A stretch of 64,000 nt of DNA from Escherichia phage CL1. Of this stretch, positions 24,827 to 35,253 are shown piece after piece. The stretch lies in the sequence record OK040806. One strand, 5' to 3'. The notes under the pieces are model-generated. The model saw only the letters and a list, made by a program, of their open reading frames with translations. It searched no databases and was not told the origin of the DNA. A program made the translations under genes and the position numbers. Positions within the stretch are counted from its first letter, which is position 1. Each line of letters opens with the position of its first letter.

Positions 24827-25684
24827 ATGTCTAAAGTTGTTAAAATGAAAGCTCCGGTAGAGAAGTACAATGGTACTGAACGTCAAACTCTGCGTTACCT
24901 GCTGAAAGATGTTTGGTTTTATTACCTGAACACTTCACCACGTCCGGGAAAAGGTAAATCCATTGATAAGAAATTCCCAGGCAAAGACTGCAACTACAGT
25001 GTTTCAATTCTGGCAGAAGATGGTAACAAGCTGTTTAAAGAGTTTACTAAGTCTAAGAAAAACCCAGAAGGTTGGGATAAAGTTACTACTGAAGCAGTTG
25101 ATGCAGATGACTTCGAAGAGAAGTTTGGTTGCAAACCACCATTTGAAGCAGACACTTACTACATCCTGAAAGTAAGTCGTGCAGCAGCTTATAAAGATGG
25201 CGCTGTGTGGACAGCTAAACAGTCATTCCCTGTAATGCTGATTGAAGAAGTGAATGGTAAGCGTGTAGCTGTTAAACAGCCGATGAAGAAAATCAAAGCT
25301 CAAGCATCTGACAAACATGAAGATGACAAGAACTATGATGTAATTCATCCAGATATTGCAGTTGGGAACGGTTCTTTTGGTAGTGTGATTCTTTCTACTC
25401 ACTTCTACACTTTTGAGAACAATGTTCTGACAAAACCTATTCAGGAACAGTTTATCATTGATACTCTCGTACCTTACACTGGTGGTAACGGTGCTAACGG
25501 TGAACCTGAACTGGATGAAGACGAACTGGCTATGCTTGGTCTTGACGGTGTTGAAGATAACGGTGAAATCACTGAAGAAGACGCAAAAGACCACAAACCT
25601 TCGAATGATTCTGATGATGGTGACGATGAAGACTTGCCAGACCCAGATGACGAAGAAGATGAAGACTTCGATACAGAAGACTAA
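24827..25684 (+). CDS. single-stranded DNA-binding protein-like (acidic C-terminal tail)
   Basis: 285 aa ending in Asp/Glu-rich tail (...DDEDLPDPDDEEDEDFDTED), as in T7 gp2.5/T4 gp32-type SSBs; sits in replication block. Confidence 0.5.
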   Translation: MSKVVKMKAPVEKYNGTERQTLRYLLKDVWFYYLNTSPRPGKGKSIDKKFPGKDCNYSVSILAEDGNKLFKEFTKSKKNPEGWDKVTTEAVDADDFEEKFGCKPPFEADTYYILKVSRAAAYKDGAVWTAKQSFPVMLIEEVNGKRVAVKQPMKKIKAQASDKHEDDKNYDVIHPDIAVGNGSFGSVILSTHFYTFENNVLTKPIQEQFIIDTLVPYTGGNGANGEPELDEDELAMLGLDGVEDNGEITEEDAKDHKPSNDSDDGDDEDLPDPDDEEDEDFDTED

Positions 25685-25702
25685 TCTCTAAAAGTTACTT
25701 TA

Positions 25703-25730
25703 AAGCCCTGTACTTAGTATGGGGCTTTTT
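25703..25730 (+). terminator. intrinsic terminator after SSB-like gene
   Basis: AAGCCCT-loop-GGGGCTT stem followed by TTTTT. Confidence 0.55.
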
Positions 25731-25746
25731 CATATGGAGAGTCATA

Positions 25747-26787
25747 ATGGAGCAGTATACGCTAACAAAACTTCCAGATTCAGTTACACATGTCTTTATT
25801 GACTCTGACAGTATTGCCTATAAAGGTGCTTGTGTAGTTGAGAAAGCAAAATATAAATATGTCAATAAACTCACAGCAGAAGAATCTGAACCATTTGATA
25901 ATGCAAAAGATGCTGCAAGATGGTTAGCAGACCAGAGAATCCTTGTAGAAGAGCTTGGCCTAACATTTGATGAAGATGAATGGGAAAGACAGACTTGGAA
26001 AGAAGCTAAGAGTGAAAAAGAAGCTATCATGGCTACTCAGCAGGTTCTTCAGGAATGGCTTAAGATTGTTGGTAAAGAAAGAACTTGGGTAGGTTACTTA
26101 ACAGAAAAGGGTGTACATAAACATAAAGACATTAAAGGTCTTGAGCACCAATATCAAGGTAACCGTAAGGATGCTGTCACACCAACACACTTAGTTGCTT
26201 GTCGTGAATATCTTCTGTCAAGACCAGAGTTTAAGCTTCTCCGTGGGGGATTTGAAGCCGATTCCATCGTAATTGCTAAAGCTGAAAAGATGGGTAAGAA
26301 GGCTGCTCTTATGAGTATTGACAAAGACCTTCGACAAGCTGAGGGGACTTATTGTATTGATATGACTTATGAAAAGTCACCACTAATTTTTATTGCTGAT
26401 AATAATGTTGGTGATATCTGGGATTGTCCTATCAAATCAAAACCAAAAGCTGCAAAAACAGTTGGTGTAGGTTTTAAATTCTTGTGTTATCAGGCTGTTG
26501 CTGGAGATAATGCAGACAACTACTTCGGCCTTAAAGGTGCTGGAAAGGTAGCTGTGATGAATGCTTTAGATGGTAAAGAGACATATAAAGAGTGTCTTGA
26601 TGCTATCTATGAACTCTATGCTAAAAAAGAGTCTTACACCTATGTATCATGGGATGGACAGACTGTCACAAAGACACCATTAGAGTTAATGGAACAGCAT
26701 TTCTGGATAGCATATCAAGAGAGAAGTCCAAAAGATAATTTCTCTTTTAAGAAATATAATTGGGAGCCGTGTATGAATGAAGATTAA
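25747..26787 (+). CDS. 5'-3' exonuclease / flap endonuclease (RNase H-like)
   Basis: 346 aa; N-terminal acidic cluster (VFIDSDSIAYKGA) and later SIDKDL resemble the FEN/PIN active site of T4 RNase H and T5 D15. Confidence 0.55.
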   Translation: MEQYTLTKLPDSVTHVFIDSDSIAYKGACVVEKAKYKYVNKLTAEESEPFDNAKDAARWLADQRILVEELGLTFDEDEWERQTWKEAKSEKEAIMATQQVLQEWLKIVGKERTWVGYLTEKGVHKHKDIKGLEHQYQGNRKDAVTPTHLVACREYLLSRPEFKLLRGGFEADSIVIAKAEKMGKKAALMSIDKDLRQAEGTYCIDMTYEKSPLIFIADNNVGDIWDCPIKSKPKAAKTVGVGFKFLCYQAVAGDNADNYFGLKGAGKVAVMNALDGKETYKECLDAIYELYAKKESYTYVSWDGQTVTKTPLELMEQHFWIAYQERSPKDNFSFKKYNWEPCMNED

Positions 26788-27274
26788 AGGATTTGGCAAT
26801 TGTCCCACCTATGGACATTGGGTGTCTTTATGTGGGGAAGTTGACCCCACTAAACATTTTGGTTTTGTCTATTTAGTACACTGTAAGAAAACCGGACAAT
26901 ATTACATCGGAAAGAAACAGCTTAATAGTGTGACCAAAAGAAAAGTTGCTGGCAAGACTCGGAAGAAGGTAGTCACTAAGGAAAGTGATTGGATGACTTA
27001 TGAGACTTCTTCTGAGTATATTAAAAAAGATATTGAGAGTTTTGGGAAAGAATTTTTTGACTTTTACATTATCCAAACCTACTACACGAAAGGTGGCCTA
27101 GTTTATGGTGAAGCAAATCTCCAACATAAATTCGATGTAATGACAAAAAGGATTGACTCTAAGCTCAGACTCTTCTACAATGCCAATATTGCAGCAATTA
27201 AGTTTATTACTAAAGAAACTTATGAAGATGCTGAAAAAAGAATCCATAAGGTAATGAAAGCGAATTGTGCTTGA
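26777..27274 (+). CDS. GIY-YIG-like nuclease domain protein (possible homing endonuclease)
   Basis: FVYLVHCKKTGQYYIGKK has the GIY...YIG spacing; free-standing between RNase H and nrd genes. Confidence 0.3.
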   Translation: MKIKGFGNCPTYGHWVSLCGEVDPTKHFGFVYLVHCKKTGQYYIGKKQLNSVTKRKVAGKTRKKVVTKESDWMTYETSSEYIKKDIESFGKEFFDFYIIQTYYTKGGLVYGEANLQHKFDVMTKRIDSKLRLFYNANIAAIKFITKETYEDAEKRIHKVMKANCA

Positions 27275-27295
27275 TAACTATTGAGAGAGAATAAA

Positions 27296-27544
27296 ATGTT
27301 TAACAAAAGTAAAGCTGTGAGTCATGTAGCAAAAGTTGACAGCAAGATTGAAGAACTTGAGCGCATTCTTGCAAATGCCAGAGAGTCAATCATTAAAGAA
27401 GTTGAAGCTGTTGAATCTCAAATGCAGCACCTAATGCTTAAACGTCAAGAGCTACGTGAGCATCTGGAATATATTGAAACGCGAGAGCTAAAGGTTAACA
27501 AATATTTTAAGGAGTCAGAATGTTTAACTCAAGAGAATCAGTAA
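27296..27544 (+). CDS. hypothetical coiled-coil protein
   Basis: track start is TTG; ATG (MFNKSK) preceded by GAGAGAGA. Confidence 0.3.
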   Translation: MFNKSKAVSHVAKVDSKIEELERILANARESIIKEVEAVESQMQHLMLKRQELREHLEYIETRELKVNKYFKESECLTQENQ

Positions 27545-28275
27545 AAAACTGGAACCTTCGTTGTGGAAACACCCAAAAGCAACCTTACAGTGACGAGTAT
27601 TGGGAATCTTTAAAGTCTCAATCTCTATGTATGCTTGAAGAAGCAAAAGAGCTTGTGAAGGCAATTGAAGAGAAAGACCCAATTGAGACACTGGATGCTC
27701 AGGCAGATTTGCAATATGTTCTTGACGGTTTGATTTACCTGTCACAACATGACCATAACGGTGCTATGAAAGCTGTTTGCCATAATAATGACCTGAAGTA
27801 CACAGATGACTATGAAGAAGCTTTAAAACGTCTTGCAGATATTGAGAAGCGTACTGGTCAAGAGTGTATCATCAGAATGTCAGTAGTTGATGGTAAAGAG
27901 TGGTATGCAATTGTTCGTGCATCCGATGGGAAGATTATGAAACAGTCTAATCTCCCTAAAGTTCAGCTTGGTGAATACATTGTAGAACTTGAAAGCCAAG
28001 AACTTTTTGTGGTAGTATCTGACACATGCGTTATCTGCAAAGGTATTGTAGGTAGCTTAAAGGATTTGGGTGTAGATGGTTTTGTAGAAGTTAATCCAAT
28101 TACCTCTAAAGCAGATAAAGATTTCTGTAAAGAGAATGGACTATGGATTGCAGATATTATCTACTATGATGGTGAGCAGTTCCATGTAACCTCATACCCG
28201 AAACTGAATTATGATGCTAATAACCTGAAGTGCTGGTTAAAAGGGGTTGGTTATAATGGATTCACAGAACATTAA
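27520..28275 (+). CDS. MazG-like nucleotide pyrophosphohydrolase domain protein
   Basis: EEAKELVKAIEEKD...DAQADLQYVL resembles the MazG E-x-x-E...E/D motif pair; motif-level only. Confidence 0.3.
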   Translation: MFNSRESVKNWNLRCGNTQKQPYSDEYWESLKSQSLCMLEEAKELVKAIEEKDPIETLDAQADLQYVLDGLIYLSQHDHNGAMKAVCHNNDLKYTDDYEEALKRLADIEKRTGQECIIRMSVVDGKEWYAIVRASDGKIMKQSNLPKVQLGEYIVELESQELFVVVSDTCVICKGIVGSLKDLGVDGFVEVNPITSKADKDFCKENGLWIADIIYYDGEQFHVTSYPKLNYDANNLKCWLKGVGYNGFTEH

Positions 28276-28579
28276 TAAAGAAGGTGTGGCTCAGAAGAGC
28301 CACTTCTCAAACTACAATATCTCTATGACGGTGTTTATGAATGACCCGTTACTTGAGAAGTATGGTGAGACTCCAGATACACTTCTGGATAATGAACAAG
28401 TTTTAAAAGCAGTTCTGTACAAATACGGGATTGATATTGAGAAAGAGTATTCTTTTGAAATCTGTCAACACAGGAATACTTTTGGTAAAGTTGTAATGGC
28501 TCCACTCTTCATGGGTGTAGAAAGAACTGACTATGGTTGGTTATATCTAAAAAGAAACTTGGAGAAATACCGTGTCTAA
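28256..28579 (+). CDS. hypothetical protein
   Basis: track start is TTG; ATG at 28256 with AAGGGG SD. Confidence 0.3.
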   Translation: MDSQNINKEGVAQKSHFSNYNISMTVFMNDPLLEKYGETPDTLLDNEQVLKAVLYKYGIDIEKEYSFEICQHRNTFGKVVMAPLFMGVERTDYGWLYLKRNLEKYRV

Positions 28580-28907
28580 AGCAAAAAAGCTGTCTTATGA
28601 TGACATTATCTCAGGTGCTAAATTAGGTGTTGATAGTATCGGACAAGATGTTAAGCACGGGGACACAGTTATGTACTGTGACGACCGAAGAGGCAGAAGT
28701 GCAATCTTGTTTGGAAGAATTGTTTGCAAAATGCGAGGCAATTACGTTGTTGCAGACATGGATGTGAATGTCACACAAAAACTCGAAACAATTATGGATG
28801 CTAGTACACCATCATGGTTCCTGAATTGTATGCACACCTCTTCAGTCACAAAGGTAAGCGATAAGTTTTACGATATGTGGCAGAATGAGCAAATTTTCAA
28901 GATTTAA
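28572..28907 (+). CDS. hypothetical protein (GTG start)
   Basis: 111-aa ORF; GTG preceded by GGAG; followed by terminator. Confidence 0.3.
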   Translation: MSKAKKLSYDDIISGAKLGVDSIGQDVKHGDTVMYCDDRRGRSAILFGRIVCKMRGNYVVADMDVNVTQKLETIMDASTPSWFLNCMHTSSVTKVSDKFYDMWQNEQIFKI

Positions 28908-28913
28908 ACTAGG

Positions 28914-28935
28914 GAGCCTCTTCGGAGGCTCTTTT
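28914..28935 (+). terminator. intrinsic terminator upstream of nrdA
   Basis: GAGCCTC-TTCG-GAGGCTC stem followed by TTTT. Confidence 0.7.
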
Positions 28936-28953
28936 CATCTGTAGGATTCAAAA

Positions 28954-31188
28954 ATGATTAAGACAATTAAAAAATCAAACGGTACAGTAGTAAGCTTTGA
29001 CCCAGAAAGATTGAATAAGTGGGCATCATGGGCAGACAAGCGTGGAATTATCTGGTCAGAAGTCACTATGGAAGCCATGAAGCGCGTCTATGAAGGTTGC
29101 ACTACAAAAGAGATGCACCAAGCCATGATTGATGTTTGTGTTGATAAACAAACTCAAGAGTACTCAGACATGGCTGGACGGCTACTTCTGGGGATTATCT
29201 ACAAAGAAGCCTTTGGAGGCTTTACTAAGGTTCCTACGCTGGTTACCTTCGTTAAAAATATGGAGAGAGCAGGACTTTGGGAGAAGATGGACTATTCTCA
29301 GGAAGAGCTTGAATACCTGCAAGGGTACATTGTGCACTCAAAAGATATCTCTTACGGCTATGCAGTGTTGAAACAGTTCAGAGACAAATATGGTATCCGT
29401 GATATTAAAACTGGAAGACTTTTTGAGTCACCACAATTTATGTTTATGGGTATGGCTATGAAAGCCTTTGAGAAGCAACCAAAGCACCGTAGACTGCAAG
29501 ATGTTATTAAGCTGTACACTTACCTATCTGACCTGAAGATTAATGCTCCTACGCCTTATCTGAATGGTTTAAGAGCCACTAAGTCAGGTTATGCGTCATG
29601 TTGTTTGATTAAGGCAAATGATACTGCTGAGTCACTTGGTATTGCTGCAAAGGTTGCTTATGATATGACTACAAAGCAAGCTGGTATTGGTATGCTGATG
29701 GAGACTCGCACTATTGGTGATGGTATTCGTCAAAACACTATCGAACACATGGGTAAGCTACCTTATTACAAGCTTGTACGTTCATCTGTAGAGGCAAATA
29801 AACAGAAGAGTCGTGGTGGTTCAGCTAACAACTTCTACACTGCTCTAGACCCGCAGATTGAAGATTTACTGCGTTTGAAGCACCCTACAACGGTTCCTTC
29901 TAAACGTATTAACGAGATGGACTACTCATTTGGTACAAATGACTATTTCTGGCAGTGTGTTCAATATGATACAGACTGGTTGTTATTCTCTTATAAGGAT
30001 GCACCAAAACTTTATGATATGTTCTACACCGCATCTGCTGATGAGTTTGCTATGGCAGTTGGTCACGCAGTACATTCTGGTGTTAAACACAGACGAGTAA
30101 AGGCTCGTGAAATTGCTAAACTATTTATCCAGCAGCGTTACGCAACAGGTCGTGTGTACCCATTCTTCACAAATAATGCAAACACACATACACCATTTAA
30201 AGAGCCTTTGAAGATGTCAAACCTTTGTATGGAAATTGTGTTGCCAGTATACGGTTTTGAGAAGGAGACAGACCTTTACAGAGATGATGCTGTGAAAGAG
30301 GATGGTGAGGTAGCTCTTTGCTTCCTAGCTAGTTTGGTTGCAGGGAGAATTTCAGAAGATGAATACGCTGACGTTGCTTATTATGCTCTTGCAATGGTTG
30401 ACTCCGTTATTGACCTTATGGATTATCCGTATCCGTCGATGCGTAACCATGTTCAGAAGCGTCGTTCTGTTGGTATTGGCCTTACAAATGTGGCTCATTA
30501 CCTTGCGAAAAACTACGTGAACTATTCTTCAAGAGCAGGTAAGACAAAGCTTCATGAGCTTGCTGAAATGCACTCTTACTACTTACATGAAGCCTCTTTA
30601 AGACTTGCTAAAGAGCGCGGTGTACCTGAATACATGAAGTTCACTAAGTATCCTGAAGGGTGGGTTCCTCCAAAGACAGCTAACAAGAAGATTGATGAGA
30701 AGCATGATGCAAAACTAAGATATGATTGGGATGACTTAGCACAACGTATTAAAGAAAATGGTGGAATCCGTAACTCTGTATTAGAAGCTTACATGCCTAA
30801 TGAGAGTTCTTCACTGGCAACTAATACGACAAATGGCTTGTACCCAATTCGTGACTTTATTTTAACTAAAAAGTCTGCAACTGGTAACGTACTGTTTATT
30901 GTTCCAGATTATGAAGAGTTGAAGTATGTCTATGAAATTGCTTGGGATATTGACACCTTTGACCTGATTGATTGTTATGCAATTGTTCAAAAGTTCACTG
31001 GTCAAGCTATCTCTTCAGATTTCTATGTTGACTACGCAAAAGCTAAGAAGGTATCATTGGCTCAAGCTTTGAAGTACATGATTTATGCCAACTCAGTAGG
31101 TATGAAAACCATGTACTACCTTAACAGTCGCATCGGTGTAGGTAAGTCTGCACTGCAAGATGCTTATTGCGAGGGTTGTGGTGTTTAG
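28954..31188 (+). CDS. nrdA: ribonucleoside-diphosphate reductase large subunit
   Basis: 744 aa; N-terminal ATP-cone-like segment, active-site SNLCMEI, C-terminal Cys pair (CEGCGV); directly upstream of nrdB. Confidence 0.9.
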   Translation: MIKTIKKSNGTVVSFDPERLNKWASWADKRGIIWSEVTMEAMKRVYEGCTTKEMHQAMIDVCVDKQTQEYSDMAGRLLLGIIYKEAFGGFTKVPTLVTFVKNMERAGLWEKMDYSQEELEYLQGYIVHSKDISYGYAVLKQFRDKYGIRDIKTGRLFESPQFMFMGMAMKAFEKQPKHRRLQDVIKLYTYLSDLKINAPTPYLNGLRATKSGYASCCLIKANDTAESLGIAAKVAYDMTTKQAGIGMLMETRTIGDGIRQNTIEHMGKLPYYKLVRSSVEANKQKSRGGSANNFYTALDPQIEDLLRLKHPTTVPSKRINEMDYSFGTNDYFWQCVQYDTDWLLFSYKDAPKLYDMFYTASADEFAMAVGHAVHSGVKHRRVKAREIAKLFIQQRYATGRVYPFFTNNANTHTPFKEPLKMSNLCMEIVLPVYGFEKETDLYRDDAVKEDGEVALCFLASLVAGRISEDEYADVAYYALAMVDSVIDLMDYPYPSMRNHVQKRRSVGIGLTNVAHYLAKNYVNYSSRAGKTKLHELAEMHSYYLHEASLRLAKERGVPEYMKFTKYPEGWVPPKTANKKIDEKHDAKLRYDWDDLAQRIKENGGIRNSVLEAYMPNESSSLATNTTNGLYPIRDFILTKKSATGNVLFIVPDYEELKYVYEIAWDIDTFDLIDCYAIVQKFTGQAISSDFYVDYAKAKKVSLAQALKYMIYANSVGMKTMYYLNSRIGVGKSALQDAYCEGCGV

Positions 31189-31243
31189 TTTTAATAACTA
31201 TGAGGGTCGTAAAAGACCCTCTAAAAATAACTTTGGAGAAACT

Positions 31244-31501
31244 ATGAAAGACTTAATAGCAAATCACGAATGGCCCATATACTTGCTCCACAAACCTCGG
31301 AAAACGCTGTACTATGTGAGTAGCACAGATATGATGATAAAACAGAAGGATGACTCATGGGTCGCTGGTGTCTCTTACATCTCTACAGCAGATGGTAAAA
31401 TCTATGCAAGACCTTATGACATGTTTAATAAAGAAAATTGGGAAGTTTTAGACAGAAAACAAGCCTTAGAGATGATAAAGAAAGGAGAAATCACACTATG
31501 A
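31244..31501 (+). CDS. hypothetical protein
   Basis: 85 aa from ATG with GGAG SD; ATGA overlap with nrdB start. Confidence 0.3.
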   Translation: MKDLIANHEWPIYLLHKPRKTLYYVSSTDMMIKQKDDSWVAGVSYISTADGKIYARPYDMFNKENWEVLDRKQALEMIKKGEITL

Positions 31502-32571
31502 CTAACCAACACCCAATCTTTTTAGGTGGTGAGAGAAAGACATTTGACTCACTTAATAAACACTACCCAAAAATCTTTGAACTATACAAACAACAAAAAG
31601 CACAAGATTGGTCAGAAGATGAGTTCCCTTTTGAACAATCACGTCTTGACTTTGAAAGCGTACCAGCATCAATGTCAGGTGTAATGCTTGAGATTCTTAA
31701 GTGGCAGTGGGAAGCAGATACCCAAGTTGCTAAGAGTTTAGCGTTTGCTTTTGCACCATTCATCTCTGATGACATTTATGCAACTGCAATTATGAAGCAG
31801 TCTGAGATTGAAAACTTACATGCTCTGACTTACTCGGAAATTGTAAGACAATGTATTAAAAATCCTGAAACAATCTTAGATGAGATTAACCAGAACATTG
31901 CTGTACAAGACCGATTAAAAACTGTGAATCGTGTTCTTGAAGAATTACTGGATGAAGGTATAAACTATCGACTGAGTTATGTCCGTGACTCACTTCTGGA
32001 CAAAGACCCTTTGCACTTCCATAAAGTGATTCTAAAAGGTCTATTTGCAGTGACTGCACTGGAAGGTATATCCTTTATGGCATCCTTTGCATGTACTTTT
32101 GCACTTGATGCTCAAGATAAATTTCAGGGTATTGCTCAAGCTGTACAGAAAATTATGCTTGATGAAATCCTTCACACTAAAATTGATATTGAAGTTTTAA
32201 AAGAAACTTTAAGAGATGATGAGTGGCAAAAAGCTTTCCAACAAATTCTTCCAGAGATTAAAGTAATCTTAGATGAAGTAGTTGAAAGCGAAGAAAAATG
32301 GTCGTATTATATCTTCTCCGAAGGACGTGCTGTAGTTGGGTTAAATACAAAGCTTCTTCATGAGTGGGTTTACTATAATGCTGCCCCACTGTATGATATG
32401 TTTGGCATTCCTAGAGATTTTGTAGCTCCTAAAGAACCACCTTTGAAGTATATGATTAAGAAGATGGAAATTGATAAAGAGCAGAATGCTAATCAGGAGC
32501 AACAGAACGGTGCGTATTTATTGAATACTGTTGTAGATGATTTGAATAGTGGATTTTTAGAGGTTCCTTAA
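31498..32571 (+). CDS. nrdB: ribonucleoside-diphosphate reductase small subunit
   Basis: 357 aa from ATG with AAAGGAG SD; helical di-iron-protein-like sequence immediately after nrdA. Confidence 0.85.
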   Translation: MTNQHPIFLGGERKTFDSLNKHYPKIFELYKQQKAQDWSEDEFPFEQSRLDFESVPASMSGVMLEILKWQWEADTQVAKSLAFAFAPFISDDIYATAIMKQSEIENLHALTYSEIVRQCIKNPETILDEINQNIAVQDRLKTVNRVLEELLDEGINYRLSYVRDSLLDKDPLHFHKVILKGLFAVTALEGISFMASFACTFALDAQDKFQGIAQAVQKIMLDEILHTKIDIEVLKETLRDDEWQKAFQQILPEIKVILDEVVESEEKWSYYIFSEGRAVVGLNTKLLHEWVYYNAAPLYDMFGIPRDFVAPKEPPLKYMIKKMEIDKEQNANQEQQNGAYLLNTVVDDLNSGFLEVP

Positions 32572-32813
32572 TGACTTATGTAATTTACTCCAAAACTGGA
32601 TGCCCTCAGTGTGAGACTGCAAAGAATTTTGCAAAAGCTCGTGGTGTTGACCATGTTGTGAGAATGTTAGGGCAGGATTATGAACTGTCAGACCTGATAG
32701 ATATTGCACAGATGCCAGTTCGCCAGATGCCATTCATCATGAAAACGGATGGTCAAAATCTAAAGCCTGTCGGAACACTACAGAATTTTATGGCAGAGGT
32801 GAATAATGCTTAA
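32571..32813 (+). CDS. glutaredoxin-like protein (NrdH/NrdC-type)
   Basis: 80 aa with CPQC redox motif near N-terminus; ATGA-coupled to nrdB. Confidence 0.65.
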   Translation: MTYVIYSKTGCPQCETAKNFAKARGVDHVVRMLGQDYELSDLIDIAQMPVRQMPFIMKTDGQNLKPVGTLQNFMAEVNNA

Positions 32814-33012
32814 ACGCCTTTGGGAAGGCTTGGTTGTTGATGCACCAGCCATTGTGATTGGTATGCTTGTTGTTAACCTATTTACTGATTTTGAACAAGG
32901 TTCATTGTTTGGAGCCATGTTACTATGGGTTATCATTGAAATATTAGAGATACAGCTAGGCATCACTAAAAAACTAAGAAAACTCATTTCAAAGTTTTCT
33001 AAAAAGATTTAA
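32806..33012 (+). CDS. small membrane protein
   Basis: 68 aa, two hydrophobic segments. Confidence 0.3.
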   Translation: MLKRLWEGLVVDAPAIVIGMLVVNLFTDFEQGSLFGAMLLWVIIEILEIQLGITKKLRKLISKFSKKI

Positions 33013-33020
33013 AATGAAAG

Positions 33021-33041
33021 GGTCTCTTCGGAGACCTTTTT
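33021..33041 (+). terminator. intrinsic terminator upstream of nrdD
   Basis: GGTCTC-TTCG-GAGACC stem followed by TTTTT. Confidence 0.7.
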
Positions 33042-33060
33042 AGCATGTAAAGGGGCAATA

Positions 33061-35205
33061 ATGAACAAAGTACAGATTATTAAAAAGAATGGCTCACTTG
33101 AAGAACCTGATATCAAAAAAGTTTTAGCAGCAGTAACTAAGTCAGCTAACAGGGTTGGGTATAAAGAACTTCCACCAGATGTTACCCAAGCTCTTGAGTC
33201 AGCATTTATGAGGATTCTGGTAAAGTCCACTAAGCAGAATAATTTGCTCATCTCGGTAAATGATATTCACAGTATTGTTGAGGGTGCTTTGGCAGAAGTT
33301 AATCACGAGATTTATGAGTCCTACTCAACATATAGAAATTACCGTAAAGAGGTTGCTCAAAATTGGGACGAGCTTTACCAAAAGACTAGAGATACACTCT
33401 TCTTAGGTGACCGTGAAAATGCTAACTTTGACAGCAGTTTAATTTCTACAAAAGGTTCAATTATTCGTGGTTATCTGACTAAAGAAATCTTTAAACAGTA
33501 CCATTTAACACCAGAGGAACTTGAAGCCATTGAAAAAGGGTTTATCTACATCCATGACTTAAGAGACCTAATTTTTGGTGGTATCAACTGTTGCCTGTTC
33601 GACATTGGTAAAGTACTGAAAGGTGGCTTTGAAATGTCTGGAATTGAATACTGTGAACCGAAGTCTGTGCTGTCAGCCTTACAGGTTATTGGTGATGTAG
33701 TTCTTTCAGCAACTGCACAGCAATTTGGTGGCTTTACTTTAGCAGAGATTGACAAGGTACTTGTACCGTATGCTAAAAAATCTTTAGTGTACCACTCAGA
33801 GAAAGCTGAAGAGTACGGAATACCTAAAGAGCAACACTATAATTACGTAATGGAGCAATTACAGAATGAGTTAACACAAGGTTTCCAATCTCTTGAAATG
33901 AAACTTAACACTGTTCCTTGCAGTCGCGGTGATTTTGCATTTACTACTCTGACATTTGGCCTGTTGGAACCAGATATGCACAATGAAGATAACCGTCTTC
34001 AGTTTATGATTGCCAATACAATCCTTAATGTAAGGATGAACGGGCAAGGAAAAAGCAAAAAACCTGTTGTGTTTCCTAAACTTGTGTATATCTATGAAGA
34101 GACAAGACATAAACTTGATGTGTGCCAAGCAAGGTTGTTTGAAAAAGCTATTGAGTGTTGCTCTAAAGCGATGTATCCAGATTTCTTAAGTGTATCTGGT
34201 CATGGTGCTGTAGCAGATGCTTTTAAGCGTTCTGGTAAGGTGATTTCACCGATGGGTTGCAGAGCTTTCTTATCTCCATATCTTAACGAGAATGGGGAAG
34301 AGTTCTATGTAGGTCGTGCTAACATTGGTGCTGTATCTTTGAACTTGCCAATGATTTACCAGTATTCTAAAGATAATGGTTTAGATTTCTGGAAAGAGCT
34401 TGATAAGTACCTAGAGATGATTCGCAGCTTCCACAAGAAACGCTATGAAATGATTGCTAACATGCCAGCAAGCTCTAACCCTCTTGCGTTCACACAAGGT
34501 GGTCTGTACAAAGGGACTAAGAAGCCTACTGATAAGGTTGGTTGGGATATCGTGAAGTCCTTCACAGCTTCTTTTGGGGTTACTGCGCTTGATGAGTTAT
34601 CTGTTCTCGCTGAAGGTAAACGACTTCATGAAGTTGGTAGCTATAGTTTTGCATACGATGTTCTGGCATACATCAACATGAAAACTGAAGAGTTTAAAAA
34701 TGAAGATGGTTTCTTATATGCTGTCTATGGCACTCCAGCAGAATCACTTTGTGGAACTCAACTAAAACAGTTCAGAGAAATGTTTGGTGTTATCAAAGGT
34801 GTTTCTGACAAGGAATACTTTACAAATAGTTTCCATATGAATGTTGCAGCAGACATCTCACCATTTGAGAAGCAGGACTTAGAAGAGCCATTCTTCCATA
34901 TCTGTAGAGGTGGCAGAATCCAGTATGTCAGGGTAGCTAACCCAGAAAACTTAACAGCACTTAAGAGTTGTATTACAAGAGGGATGTTGAAAGGTTTTTA
35001 TCAGGGACTTAACTTTGACCTAGCAATTTGTGAGCATTGTGGTAGCAGACCAAAGGCCGATGTTGAAGAATGTGAGGTTTGCCATTCACATGATATCTCT
35101 GTGATTAACAGGGTGTGTGGGTATCTTGGGTGGACTAAGATTAAAGGTGAATCCCGAATGAACGATGCAAAAATTGCTGAGATTCGTGATAGAGTCTCTA
35201 TGTAA
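33061..35205 (+). CDS. nrdD: anaerobic ribonucleoside-triphosphate reductase
   Basis: 714 aa; C-terminal Cys cluster (CEHCGS...CEVCHSHD) and glycyl-radical motif RVCGYLG. Confidence 0.9.
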   Translation: MNKVQIIKKNGSLEEPDIKKVLAAVTKSANRVGYKELPPDVTQALESAFMRILVKSTKQNNLLISVNDIHSIVEGALAEVNHEIYESYSTYRNYRKEVAQNWDELYQKTRDTLFLGDRENANFDSSLISTKGSIIRGYLTKEIFKQYHLTPEELEAIEKGFIYIHDLRDLIFGGINCCLFDIGKVLKGGFEMSGIEYCEPKSVLSALQVIGDVVLSATAQQFGGFTLAEIDKVLVPYAKKSLVYHSEKAEEYGIPKEQHYNYVMEQLQNELTQGFQSLEMKLNTVPCSRGDFAFTTLTFGLLEPDMHNEDNRLQFMIANTILNVRMNGQGKSKKPVVFPKLVYIYEETRHKLDVCQARLFEKAIECCSKAMYPDFLSVSGHGAVADAFKRSGKVISPMGCRAFLSPYLNENGEEFYVGRANIGAVSLNLPMIYQYSKDNGLDFWKELDKYLEMIRSFHKKRYEMIANMPASSNPLAFTQGGLYKGTKKPTDKVGWDIVKSFTASFGVTALDELSVLAEGKRLHEVGSYSFAYDVLAYINMKTEEFKNEDGFLYAVYGTPAESLCGTQLKQFREMFGVIKGVSDKEYFTNSFHMNVAADISPFEKQDLEEPFFHICRGGRIQYVRVANPENLTALKSCITRGMLKGFYQGLNFDLAICEHCGSRPKADVEECEVCHSHDISVINRVCGYLGWTKIKGESRMNDAKIAEIRDRVSM

Positions 35206-35213
35206 AACTTGAC

Positions 35214-35253
35214 AAGGTGGTGTGAGTCTTGATAGGCTTACATCACCTTTTTT
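35214..35253 (+). terminator. candidate terminator after nrdD
   Basis: AAGGTG...CACCTT inverted repeat with long loop followed by TTTTTT; TTGACA at 35209. Confidence 0.35.
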
